The position numbers were made by a program, and so were the translations under genes. Positions 20,628 through 30,348 of a stretch of DNA of 64,000 bases are shown in pieces; position 1 is the stretch's first letter; each line of letters opens with the position of its first letter. This DNA comes from an uncultured bacterium (GTDB lineage Bacteria; Patescibacteriota; Patescibacteriia; Patescibacteriales; UBA12465): NCBI GenBank assembly GCA_903945435.1, contig CAJAVM010000001.1, forward strand, positions 73,071 through 137,070, in the 5' to 3' direction. The notes under the pieces are model-generated. The model did not search any database. It was not told the origin of the DNA and worked only from the letters and a program-made list of their open reading frames with translations.

Positions 20628-23150
20628 TTATTTAGAAAAAAACATTTCATCATCATCGCTGGGAGGAAATGATTGTTTTTTAGGTTCATTTTTTTTATTT
20701 TCTCTAATCTCTTCTAAAATTTCATCCTCATCTTCAATTACCTCCTCCTCTTCATTTGAAGTTAGTTGTAGTTCTTCGGCAATTTCTTCTTCAATTATCT
20801 CAGTTTCTTCTTCTGGTTCTTGTTTTTCAACATCAACATCCTCATCTTTACCAAAATCTAAAACACCATCGTCGCCTTCATCTTCGGAGCCAAAATAACT
20901 ATCTGGTGCTTTTGACTCAGCACGATTATGAATAGGCATAGCGCTCATACCACCCCCTGCTTCATATTGCTCACGACTAATCATCACTTCGCGAGGTTTA
21001 GAGCCATTAGACGGACCAATAATTCCGCCCTCTTCTAACATATCTAAAATTTTAGCAGCTCTTCCATAACCGATAGATAATCTTCTTTGTAACATTGAGG
21101 TTGAGGCCTTACCGGCTTTTACAATTATTTCTTTAGCTTCTTCAAATAACTCATCTTCATCACCATGGTTTCCATCCATTCCCACTCCCGCTACTCCACC
21201 GACTTTCTGGCGCTCAGTAATACCATCAAGATATTCAGGCGCACCACTCTTTTCTTTAATATACTCAACAACATCATTAATTTCATTATCACTTAAATAA
21301 GCGCCTTGAATACGTTTAGGTTTAGATAGCTCAGCTGTTGAAAAAAGCATATCCCCCTGACCTAATAATTTTTCAGCGCCAGAAGAATCTAAAATAGTTT
21401 TAGAATCTACTAAAGAAGCAACCGAAAAAGCGATTCTTGTTGGGATATTTGCTTTAATCAAACCAGTAATAACATCAACGCTCGGTCTTTGGGTCGCCAA
21501 TATTAAATGGATACCAATCGCCCGAGACATCTGTGCTAAGCGAATAATAGCTGCTTCCATATCCTTACCAGCAGTCATCATAAAATCAGCTAACTCATCA
21601 ATAATATAGACTATGTAAGGAAGCTTATCTGTAGTTGTTTGATTATATGATTGAATATTTTTCTTTCCCGCTTTATTTAAAAGATCATAACGTCTATCCA
21701 TTTCATTCAAACACCACTTAAGAGAATTGATAGTTTTTGAAACCTCGGTAATAACTGGGGTTAAAAGATGAGGAATTCCATTATATACAGGAAGTTCGAC
21801 TCGTTTAGGGTCAACCATAATAAAACGTAACTCATCAGGATTATTTTGATATAACAAACTAACAATAATTGCATTAAGACACACTGATTTTCCAGAGTTA
21901 GTTGCGCCTGCTACTAATAAATGAGGCATCTTCGTTAAATCATACAACCAAGAGGTTCCGGAAACATCTTTTCCTAAAGCAATAAATAAATTATTTTTTC
22001 TATTTTTAAAGGCTTCATCTTCAAGAATTTCTCTCAAACCGACAATCGCCTTAGAGCGATTTGGGACTTCAATTCCAACTAAAGATTTTCCAGGGATTGG
22101 GGCTTCTATCCTGATAGGATGAGCGGCCAAAGCTAAAGATAAATCGTTGCTTAAAGTTGTAATGCGAGAAAGCTTAACTCCTTCGGCTGGTCTAAAGGTA
22201 TATTGAGTTACAGTAGGACCAACTTTTGTTTCTCCCATTTCAACCTCTATTCCAAATTTATTTAAAGTATTATGTATTTTTTGTAAATTTAATTCTGTAT
22301 CGCCACCAATTGCTTTAGCAAACTTATTATTTAATAACTCCATTGGCAAATCAATTCTAACTGAATTTTTAGGCCAAGCAATTTTTTCTTGTACCTGTTT
22401 TTTATCTTTATGCTTAGCAGCTGGAGAAGGCTCATCTTCTTTATCTTCTACAATTTCTTCTTCAAGCAGAGCATTAACATCTCGTTTCTGCCAAGCACTT
22501 AAAACTTCCTCGCGGGCGGACTCAATTAAAGCTGAGCGCTGGTCATCCTTATCATCACTTTCTGATTTAGAAAATAATTCTTTAAAGAATAGGGCAAATG
22601 GTTTAAATATTTTTGCCCAAAAACTTTCACGACCGATTATTTTTTCTAAAGACGTATTAAAAACTAAAACTAAGGCAATTAAAAGGCAAGCAATTAAAAC
22701 TATTACTCCACCCCAAAAACCAAAAATATAAAAGAAAAGACGACTTAAATAATAACCAACATATCCGCCACCTTCTCCCAAAGAAACTGCTATTTTCCAA
22801 TTTGCTTGATTCATAAAAAAATGAAACAAGGTCTGATAAGAAACAAATAAAAGTCCTAGTCCTAAATAATCAGTAAATTTAAAAGCAGATTTAGAGCGAC
22901 GAATTAAAAGAAAAGCCCAATATAGAAAAATCAATGGGACTAGCCAACGTCCATAACCAAAAATAAGAGTTAATCCCTTTGAAAGGAACTCACCAAGATG
23001 ACCAGAAAGATTAAGCAAGCCTAATAAACTAATAACCCCCAGCACAACGAGCAGAACAATAATAATACTACGCTTTGCTCTTTCGTCTAAGTCGAAATCT
23101 GGCAAAGTTACATAATCCATCGGATTCTGACTCTTCTTTTTTCTTCCCAT
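20628..23150 (-). CDS. ftsK: DNA translocase FtsK with a long acidic C-terminal tail
   Basis: N-terminal TM segments, Walker A GATNSGKS, and a gamma winged-helix (SMLQRRLSIGYGRAAKILDMLEE). I prefer the ATG at 23150 (MGRKKKSQ...) over the track start at 23210. Confidence 0.9.
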   Translation of the reverse strand: MGRKKKSQNPMDYVTLPDFDLDERAKRSIIIVLLVVLGVISLLGLLNLSGHLGEFLSKGLTLIFGYGRWLVPLIFLYWAFLLIRRSKSAFKFTDYLGLGLLFVSYQTLFHFFMNQANWKIAVSLGEGGGYVGYYLSRLFFYIFGFWGGVIVLIACLLIALVLVFNTSLEKIIGRESFWAKIFKPFALFFKELFSKSESDDKDDQRSALIESAREEVLSAWQKRDVNALLEEEIVEDKEDEPSPAAKHKDKKQVQEKIAWPKNSVRIDLPMELLNNKFAKAIGGDTELNLQKIHNTLNKFGIEVEMGETKVGPTVTQYTFRPAEGVKLSRITTLSNDLSLALAAHPIRIEAPIPGKSLVGIEVPNRSKAIVGLREILEDEAFKNRKNNLFIALGKDVSGTSWLYDLTKMPHLLVAGATNSGKSVCLNAIIVSLLYQNNPDELRFIMVDPKRVELPVYNGIPHLLTPVITEVSKTINSLKWCLNEMDRRYDLLNKAGKKNIQSYNQTTTDKLPYIVYIIDELADFMMTAGKDMEAAIIRLAQMSRAIGIHLILATQRPSVDVITGLIKANIPTRIAFSVASLVDSKTILDSSGAEKLLGQGDMLFSTAELSKPKRIQGAYLSDNEINDVVEYIKEKSGAPEYLDGITERQKVGGVAGVGMDGNHGDEDELFEEAKEIIVKAGKASTSMLQRRLSIGYGRAAKILDMLEEGGIIGPSNGSKPREVMISREQYEAGGGMSAMPIHNRAESKAPDSYFGSEDEGDDGVLDFGKDEDVDVEKQEPEEETEIIEEEIAEELQLTSNEEEEVIEDEDEILEEIRENKKNEPKKQSFPPSDDDEMFFSK

Positions 23151-23225
23151 ATTAGTTAAACCTAATTTACTGAATGATAAATAACCCAAATATATGACAT
23201 TATAGCACAAAATTTAAAAGACGGC

Positions 23226-24251
23226 TTAATTAATCTCAATATCAATAAAGATAGCTTCTGGAACTTTAGCGCGAATCTTCCTTTCAATATCATCAATCTT
23301 TTTACCTACTAAACGAGGGACTCTATCCATATATTCAACTGAAAACTTAAGAAAATTTTCGTAACTTTCTTTTACATCTTCATATTCATTTTCCAAGAAA
23401 TGATGTTTATTAAATTCTTTCATGAGTGAAGAGGCATTAAATTCTATATCACACTTAATCAAATACTTATCAACATCTAAAACGGCCGATTTAAAATCTA
23501 GCACCTTTTCAATTGTTGGCTCACTATTTAAAACTTGTAATACTAATTTTTCATCTTCTTCAGGAATACACTTAGTAATTAAATAACTGCGATTTTTGGC
23601 AATTAAAATAATAGCGGCAATACCCAAGGAAGTTCCAATAGCAATGGAACCAACGGCATCCCAAAATATTTGGCCGGTAACACGAGACAAAATAATACTT
23701 AAACCTGCCAAAGCGACGCCAATAACCGCTAAGCCATCCTCATAAATAACTGCTAATGTTGTGGGGTCGGCTTTTTTAAAGATAGTTCCCCAGGTATCAT
23801 TAGGAAAGTGTTTACGAACATCTTTAAAGGCAAGCCACAAAGTAAAAGATTCAATTACAAAAGCTGCTAATAAAATATATAAATTCCAAACATTAAAATG
23901 TATAGCGGGTTTATTAATCAAAGCGTCAACTCCGTGATAAATAGTAACCCCAGCACCAATAAAAAAGATTCCGCAAGCAGAAATTAATGCCCAAATAAAT
24001 CTTTCGCGTCCATGGCCATAAGGAAAAAGATGATTTGGTTGTTTCTTTGTTTTTTTAACACCAATAATTAACAATGATTGATTAGCTGTATCAGCAAAAC
24101 TATGAACCGCCTCAGAGAACATCGCCCCAGAACCAGTCATAATAAAACCTACAAACTTAGCGACACAGACTACGGCATTCCCAAAAAAAGCGGCAATAAT
24201 CGGCAATAATCCAGATAGCTTATTTCCATCACCAGAACCAGAAGAAATCAT
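23226..24251 (-). CDS. Cation diffusion facilitator (CDF) family metal transporter
   Basis: 341 aa. HSFADTANQ motif in TM2, six TM segments, cytoplasmic C-terminal domain. Confidence 0.75.
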   Translation of the reverse strand: MISSGSGDGNKLSGLLPIIAAFFGNAVVCVAKFVGFIMTGSGAMFSEAVHSFADTANQSLLIIGVKKTKKQPNHLFPYGHGRERFIWALISACGIFFIGAGVTIYHGVDALINKPAIHFNVWNLYILLAAFVIESFTLWLAFKDVRKHFPNDTWGTIFKKADPTTLAVIYEDGLAVIGVALAGLSIILSRVTGQIFWDAVGSIAIGTSLGIAAIILIAKNRSYLITKCIPEEDEKLVLQVLNSEPTIEKVLDFKSAVLDVDKYLIKCDIEFNASSLMKEFNKHHFLENEYEDVKESYENFLKFSVEYMDRVPRLVGKKIDDIERKIRAKVPEAIFIDIEIN

Positions 24252-24261
24252 ACTTTTGTTA

Positions 24262-25320
24262 TTAATTTAAATTATTTTTTATATCTTTAATAAACTTCGA
24301 TACACTATTACTCATTTCTATTTTTTTCTTCACAAATTGTTTTTGATAATTTGTTTTTTTACTAATTACCATTTGAGCTCGACGTAATAATTCTCCATCT
24401 TTTAACTTTTCTAAATCGACAACCAGTTCGGGATGATTAATAAATTCAGCAAACCCATAATTACGAATATCATAGGCAACGCTAATTTCTGGAGTTTTTG
24501 CACCATAGGCCATCACTCCAACATGGAGCATCATTCCAATTATTAAATCTAACTTCCCGTAGACATATTTCTGCTCGTTAGGTTTTAAATCGACCAATTT
24601 CAAATTGCTAATTTTCAATTCTGGATAAATATTTTTTTCACCAGGGTGATGTTGTAAATAATATACCTCAAAACCTAATTCGTTTTGAAAATAATCTACC
24701 GTTTCTTTATAGGCATGTAAAATATCTTCGCGCCATTTTCCAAAACCAAGCCAACCAGAATAATTTAAGTTTAAACCAATTTTTTGTTTACGATTTAAAA
24801 GAGATAGCCTGGAAATTGTAGCGACTGATGGCTTTTTTTCAAATAAGAAAGCGGCTGGATCACCAACTACTTTTATTTTAGTAGTCCTAACCCCATTAGC
24901 AATCAAAAATCGTTTTGTATTTAAATCACGAATTCCAATTCCAGTCGCCTTATTAGCTAGTGCTACCACGCTATCAATCTTATCCTGAGACCATAAAGGA
25001 GCATCAACCTCTTTAATATAACCAAGGCCAAATAAAAAAATCGGTTTAACAATTTCGTTAATTGTTTTTAAATTAAAAGGTAAAAAATAAGAATATAAAA
25101 TTCCACCACCACCAATAACAATAAAATCAGCATGATTCAATTTTACAATTGTTTTTAAATCATGATTCTTTAAAACTTCAACTGGAAAATTATTAATAAT
25201 CGCACCCGGAAAATTCTTATACAAAATTTCCTGAACAGCCAAAACTATGGCGTGGTCGCCTTTATTATTTTTATCCCAAACATGAATATGAGCAATCTTA
25301 AATTTTTTGTTTTTAATCAT
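24262..25320 (-). CDS. Polysaccharide pyruvyl transferase family protein
   Basis: 352 aa. The N-terminal WDKNNKGDHAI pattern and overall layout resemble the CsaB/WcaK-type PS_pyruv_trans family. Confidence 0.6.
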   Translation of the reverse strand: MIKNKKFKIAHIHVWDKNNKGDHAIVLAVQEILYKNFPGAIINNFPVEVLKNHDLKTIVKLNHADFIVIGGGGILYSYFLPFNLKTINEIVKPIFLFGLGYIKEVDAPLWSQDKIDSVVALANKATGIGIRDLNTKRFLIANGVRTTKIKVVGDPAAFLFEKKPSVATISRLSLLNRKQKIGLNLNYSGWLGFGKWREDILHAYKETVDYFQNELGFEVYYLQHHPGEKNIYPELKISNLKLVDLKPNEQKYVYGKLDLIIGMMLHVGVMAYGAKTPEISVAYDIRNYGFAEFINHPELVVDLEKLKDGELLRRAQMVISKKTNYQKQFVKKKIEMSNSVSKFIKDIKNNLN

Positions 25321-26342
25321 TACAAGTTTAAATTAGCTATTACTTGATGAAGAAGTTCTTCAGCTCGGATTGGATCACAATCGTGCTTTAAAAATAAAAA
25401 CGCTGAAGTACGAATAGCAGTCCAATTATAATATAAGTTAATTCTTTCTCTTAAACTATCATCTAATTTTAAACCAGAGTAAGTGAGGTAAGATGACAAG
25501 AAAACCTCTTTCAGCTCCTCGGCCATTTGATGATCTTTATTTTTAGTTACCAATTTATATTCTAATTGCTGTAAAAATGTTCCTATATCACGAGCGAAAT
25601 CACCCAAACAAAAATCCGTAAAATCAATTAAACCAACCCTCTCTTCGCCGGTTTTAATAATATTTTCTGTATGAGCGTCGCCATGTATTAAACTTAATAC
25701 TAACTCATGTGAAAAAAACTTTTCTTCCTGAGTAATAAAATAATTATAAATTTTCTTTAAATCCTCATCAAATTTTTTATCATAACGAATAGACATTTCT
25801 CTCAAAATTGTTTCCACTCCAGGAATTACAGTTCTAATGCGAGAATTCATCGGGTTAAAATTAGCCGCCGTCCCGGCTGGAAGTCTATGAAGACGAGCAA
25901 ATAATTCTGAGGCAAAGGGTAGTAATCGTTTTACTTCAGGATAATTTTTTTCCTTAATATAATAAAGTAGATTTTCGCCAACAATGCCACGATAAAAAGT
26001 TCCTCTAAAATATTCTGAATAGAACAACGGCCGCGGGATATCGATATCCCCTTGATTAAAATCTCTATCCCAAAGATATTTCATAGCTTGAAACACATTA
26101 TCTCTAGGTTCATCACTATGAGCGGAGCATACAATTAAAATTTTAGTAGTTTTATTTTCGGAATCTGTAAAATAAACATCAAAACCAACAACCACATGAT
26201 AAGTAGTGGTCCAAATTAATCTTTTATATGGTCTAATTACTACTCTTTCTATTCCCGAAAAGTCAGGATATAAAGGTAATAACTTGCGACGAAACATGGC
26301 TATAACATATTCTTCGTCAAATAACTGTAAAATTTTGTTCAT
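25320..26342 (-). CDS. APH/choline-kinase-fold phosphotransferase (possible sugar or maltose-type kinase)
   Basis: 340 aa. Brenner motif LIHGDAHTEN followed by GLIDFTDF. Its stop overlaps the next gene's start by 1 nt (TAATG). Confidence 0.6.
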   Translation of the reverse strand: MNKILQLFDEEYVIAMFRRKLLPLYPDFSGIERVVIRPYKRLIWTTTYHVVVGFDVYFTDSENKTTKILIVCSAHSDEPRDNVFQAMKYLWDRDFNQGDIDIPRPLFYSEYFRGTFYRGIVGENLLYYIKEKNYPEVKRLLPFASELFARLHRLPAGTAANFNPMNSRIRTVIPGVETILREMSIRYDKKFDEDLKKIYNYFITQEEKFFSHELVLSLIHGDAHTENIIKTGEERVGLIDFTDFCLGDFARDIGTFLQQLEYKLVTKNKDHQMAEELKEVFLSSYLTYSGLKLDDSLRERINLYYNWTAIRTSAFLFLKHDCDPIRAEELLHQVIANLNL

Positions 26343-26361
26343 AACTTTTGTAAACCTGAAA

Positions 26362-27549
26362 TTAAACTATTTTTCTCCAATGTTTTTTCCAGTGTTCTTC
26401 CCAAATGAGCTTTTTAATTTTTAAATAATATTTCTCCGATTGTAATTTATATTTTTTTGTTTTTGGATCGTTTAAAGATCTTACCGAACGAACTAAATCC
26501 TCTAAACCTCTTTCGATACCATCAGGACTCCAAGCATAAGGTCCAAAAATTTTAGAGAAATCTTTCGCGCTTGCCCACCAAAATGTACAACTAGCAATTC
26601 CTCGAACTAGATGCCAATAAAACCATTCGTAATTTTTATCTTTTTTATATTTTGCATCAAGAGAAAGAGCTAGATAAGCGAACTTCCATAAATAATTATG
26701 AATTTTATTTTTCTTATCAAACCAGAGCTTGAATGGTTCTTTAGCAAGAATTTCTTTTCTGGTAGATTCCCAAGAACAAGAAATAACTTCTACTTTTTCA
26801 GGCTTAATTTTATTTTTTAAACTATAATCAATAAACTCAGAAATAGTTTCTGTTTCTATTTTTTTAACTTTAACAATCTTTTCTATTTCTGCGGTTGGAT
26901 CTTCATGTCTTAACCCATATAATTCAGCATCAGTAGCCGTAATAATAATTTCTGTAGCTGATTTTAATTTCTTCGTCTCTAAAGCTAATCTATCGGGAGG
27001 ATAAGCGCCAGAAAAATCACGATTCCGAAAAATGACTTTAAGATTACTGTTTTTATCTATATAGAACGTATTAAAATTAGGATGATTTTTCCCGCCATCA
27101 TAAGCAATCTCATCTAAAATAATCCATTTGTAACCTAAGCGTTTTACAATCTTGGCAACTGCTGGAGAGTAGGCCATTTCTGGCAAAAAAAATCCTGATG
27201 GCTTAAATTTATTACCAAAATATTTTTTCAATATTTTTTCGTTCTCCTTAATTTGTCTTAAAACTTCTTCTTCTGGCAATAGGGGCAGAAACCCGTGATA
27301 AGCCGCTGAGCCAGTTAACTCAACTCGACCAGCTTTAACTAATATAGATAAACGATTAATAAAATCTATCTTTTTTTCATCTTCTATTCTTGTTAACAAA
27401 CAACCAGTAATATTCCAAGTCATTTTTAGCTTGGGGTTTTCCTCCATTAAACGCAACAAACGATAATAGCTTTTATCCAAAGCTTTCTGAACACTATAAG
27501 ATTCAATATTGGCTGGTTGATAAAAATGTAAAAAATTTATCCATTTCAT
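26362..27549 (-). CDS. Glycoside hydrolase family 57 protein
   Basis: 395 aa. N-terminal HFYQP, AAYHGFLPLL and FLPEMAY motifs match GH57 signature regions. Confidence 0.75.
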   Translation of the reverse strand: MKWINFLHFYQPANIESYSVQKALDKSYYRLLRLMEENPKLKMTWNITGCLLTRIEDEKKIDFINRLSILVKAGRVELTGSAAYHGFLPLLPEEEVLRQIKENEKILKKYFGNKFKPSGFFLPEMAYSPAVAKIVKRLGYKWIILDEIAYDGGKNHPNFNTFYIDKNSNLKVIFRNRDFSGAYPPDRLALETKKLKSATEIIITATDAELYGLRHEDPTAEIEKIVKVKKIETETISEFIDYSLKNKIKPEKVEVISCSWESTRKEILAKEPFKLWFDKKNKIHNYLWKFAYLALSLDAKYKKDKNYEWFYWHLVRGIASCTFWWASAKDFSKIFGPYAWSPDGIERGLEDLVRSVRSLNDPKTKKYKLQSEKYYLKIKKLIWEEHWKKHWRKIV

Positions 27550-27553
27550 AAAT

Positions 27554-29020
27554 TTATTTTTTTAGCACTTTACGATACAGCTCAACATATTTTTTCGCTG
27601 GTATTTCCCAACTATTAGATTGTTGCATTACTCTTTTTACTAAATTTTTCCAAGAAGTCTTATGATGATAATTTTCTAAAGCTCTAATAATTGCACCATA
27701 AAAAAGATTTGAATCTTCCGACTTAAAAGTAAAGCCTGTTCCCTGCTTAGTCGCTGGATTAAAATTTTCAACCGTATCATATAATCCGCCAATTTCTCTA
27801 ACAATTGGGATACATCCATACCGCATAGCAATCAACTGATTTATCCCACAAGGCTCATGATTTGATGGTAGAAGAAATAAATCGCTCGCCGCACATAATA
27901 ATGTTTCCAATTTTTGATCAAATGGTAGCCAAATAATTTTTTTAGGAAACTTGCGTTGCAATTTTTTAATAGGTTTAATATATTCTTTACTTCCATCGCC
28001 CATAAATACTAACTGGATATCGAGCTTTAATAACAATTCAATAATTTTTAAAATTAAATTAAAACCCTTCTGAAAGGTAACACGAGAAGTCGTGCACAAT
28101 ATTGGAACTTGAGCATTTTCAGGTAAACCAATTTTTTTCTGAAGATACTTTTTATTATCGCCTTTACCGGCTACTGAAGAGGAGGCGGAATAAACTTTAT
28201 GTAAAGTATTATCCTTCTCTGGATTATAAGTATTATAATCTATACCATTAATAATCCCATATAATTTATCTGATCTATTTTTTAAAATTCGATTTAAATC
28301 CTGGCCAAACTTTTTAGTCATGATTTCTTTACGATATTGTTCGCTAACAGTATTAATAATATCGGCCGACATAATAGCACGTTTAGCAAAATTAATATTT
28401 TCTAAATTTTCGTCTTCAAGATGAGGAATGCGTCCGCGACCATAATCTTTATTTTCTGGAGCAATTTCCCACCAATTATGACCAAATTGAAAAATCAGAT
28501 TATGAATTGTAAATACCGTCTTAGCCTTCTTTAAGGTTTTAGAATATCTAAAATCAGTCTTTAAATAATACGGAATCAAACCAGTTTGCCAATCATGACA
28601 ATGAATTACATCAGCTTCAAATTTTAAAAGCGATAATAATTTTAAAGAAGCAACATTAAAAACTAAGAATCTTGCATTTTCACGTGAAGAACCATAGATC
28701 TTTTTATGTTTAGAAAAAAACTTTTTGCATTCTATAAAATATACCGGCAAATCTTCCATTAAATACCCTTGCCAATAATTTACTGTAATATTTTCCTGGC
28801 TATTCAGGCGTAAATTCACATCACTAAAAATCAGCTTTAAGCCTTTTTCCTTTTTATCAATCATCCGCCCATATAACGGAGTAATAATTGCAACATCATG
28901 TCCCAAGCGCTTTAACGCTTTAGGTAAACTACGAGTTACATCTCCCAGGCCGCCCGTTTTAGAAAACGGAGCAACCTCAGAAGCAATATGAACGATTTTT
29001 AATCTTTTACTTTTAAGCAT
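27554..29020 (-). CDS. glgA: Glycogen/starch synthase (GT5)
   Basis: 488 aa. The N-terminal KIVHIASEVAPFSKTGGLGDV is the classical GlgA motif. It overlaps the ruvC 3' end by 22 nt. Confidence 0.88.
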   Translation of the reverse strand: MLKSKRLKIVHIASEVAPFSKTGGLGDVTRSLPKALKRLGHDVAIITPLYGRMIDKKEKGLKLIFSDVNLRLNSQENITVNYWQGYLMEDLPVYFIECKKFFSKHKKIYGSSRENARFLVFNVASLKLLSLLKFEADVIHCHDWQTGLIPYYLKTDFRYSKTLKKAKTVFTIHNLIFQFGHNWWEIAPENKDYGRGRIPHLEDENLENINFAKRAIMSADIINTVSEQYRKEIMTKKFGQDLNRILKNRSDKLYGIINGIDYNTYNPEKDNTLHKVYSASSSVAGKGDNKKYLQKKIGLPENAQVPILCTTSRVTFQKGFNLILKIIELLLKLDIQLVFMGDGSKEYIKPIKKLQRKFPKKIIWLPFDQKLETLLCAASDLFLLPSNHEPCGINQLIAMRYGCIPIVREIGGLYDTVENFNPATKQGTGFTFKSEDSNLFYGAIIRALENYHHKTSWKNLVKRVMQQSNSWEIPAKKYVELYRKVLKK

Positions 29021-29493
29021 AGACTAGAATTTAATGCACAAATAGCAGCCGCCAAAGCATCAGCGGCATCGTCAGGTTGAGGCATTTCTTTTAAACCTAA
29101 AATCAGTTTAACCATTTTTTGAATTTGTTTTTTATTCGCCTTACCATATGCAGAAACTGCCTGTTTAATTTGTGAAGGTGTAAATTCACAAATTGGAATA
29201 TTGTTTTGTTTTAAAGTTAATAGCATTACCCCTCTCGCTTGTCCAACTATTAAGGCTGTTCTAACATTTTTATTAAAAAATAACTGCTCAACAGCTGCCA
29301 ACCCCGGCTGGTACTTTTTTATTATCTTATCCAATTCACGATGTAAAATATCTAAACGCGTAATTAAGTCATCTGCGGGAACTGTTTTAATTGTTCCATA
29401 ACAAAGACATGAAAGCTTCCCGCCATCCTCTCTAACCACTCCATATCCAGTATCAGCGATACCGGGGTCGATACCAAGAATGATTTTTGACAT
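28999..29493 (-). CDS. ruvC: Holliday junction resolvase RuvC
   Basis: 164 aa. ILGIDPGIADTGYG, VEQLFF and DAADALA motifs. Confidence 0.9.
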   Translation of the reverse strand: MSKIILGIDPGIADTGYGVVREDGGKLSCLCYGTIKTVPADDLITRLDILHRELDKIIKKYQPGLAAVEQLFFNKNVRTALIVGQARGVMLLTLKQNNIPICEFTPSQIKQAVSAYGKANKKQIQKMVKLILGLKEMPQPDDAADALAAAICALNSSLCLKVKD

Positions 29494-29500
29494 TTAATCG

Positions 29501-30220
29501 TTAGATGAGATTAGTATAATAGTCATTTACATCCTCATTATCTTCAAGTTCATCAAAAAACTTTTCTAATTTTTCTTTATCTTCTTCTGGGGCTTTAATT
29601 TTTTCTTTAGAAACTGATTCTATTTCTGCTTGCTCAATCTTTAAACCTTTAGCTTCTAAAAATTCTTTTATTTTCTGTAAATCTTTAATTTCAGTATACA
29701 CGGATATCCCCTCCTCTTCTTTCTGAAAATCTTCTACCCCCTGGTCGATTAATTCAAGTTCTAAATCTTCATTACTTAAATGTTTAGCTTTTATTTCTTC
29801 ATTAGGAATTCTAATCACTCCCATTTGAGAAAAGTTCCAAGCTACCGCCCCAAAAGCACCACCATTTTTAGTAAACAAATGACGAACGCTAGAACCACTT
29901 CTATTTTTATTATCAGTTAAACATTTAACAATCACCTGAATTCCAGGAGGAAGAATACCTTCATATAAAAGTTCTTCTACCTGAGCTCCAGCCAACTCTC
30001 CGGTTCCTTTCTTAATTGCCCTTTCAATATTATCTTTAGGCATATTAGCTGCTCGCCCCTTATCTACAGCGGCTCTTAAGGACGGATTAGAGTTAGGGTC
30101 GCCACCTTTTCTAGCGGCAATAGTAATTACATTAGCTAATTTAGTAAAAATAGCCCCTCTTTTAGCATCAACTAGTTCTTTTTGGCGATGCGTAGTCGCC
30201 CACTTGGAATGTCCAGACAT
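29501..30220 (-). CDS. yebC: YebC/PmpR family DNA-binding regulator
   Basis: 239 aa. MSGHSKWATTHRQK N-terminus diagnostic of the family. Confidence 0.9.
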   Translation of the reverse strand: MSGHSKWATTHRQKELVDAKRGAIFTKLANVITIAARKGGDPNSNPSLRAAVDKGRAANMPKDNIERAIKKGTGELAGAQVEELLYEGILPPGIQVIVKCLTDNKNRSGSSVRHLFTKNGGAFGAVAWNFSQMGVIRIPNEEIKAKHLSNEDLELELIDQGVEDFQKEEEGISVYTEIKDLQKIKEFLEAKGLKIEQAEIESVSKEKIKAPEEDKEKLEKFFDELEDNEDVNDYYTNLI

Positions 30221-30348
30221 ATTAATTGCTAGTCTTATAAAGTTAAAACACCGAAAAAATACATTTCTCAGCTAATAGAACTTTAACTTAAATTGAAATA
30301 AAAATCAAGATGAATTATAATAAAAATATAATAAAATAAAGCAAAAAT

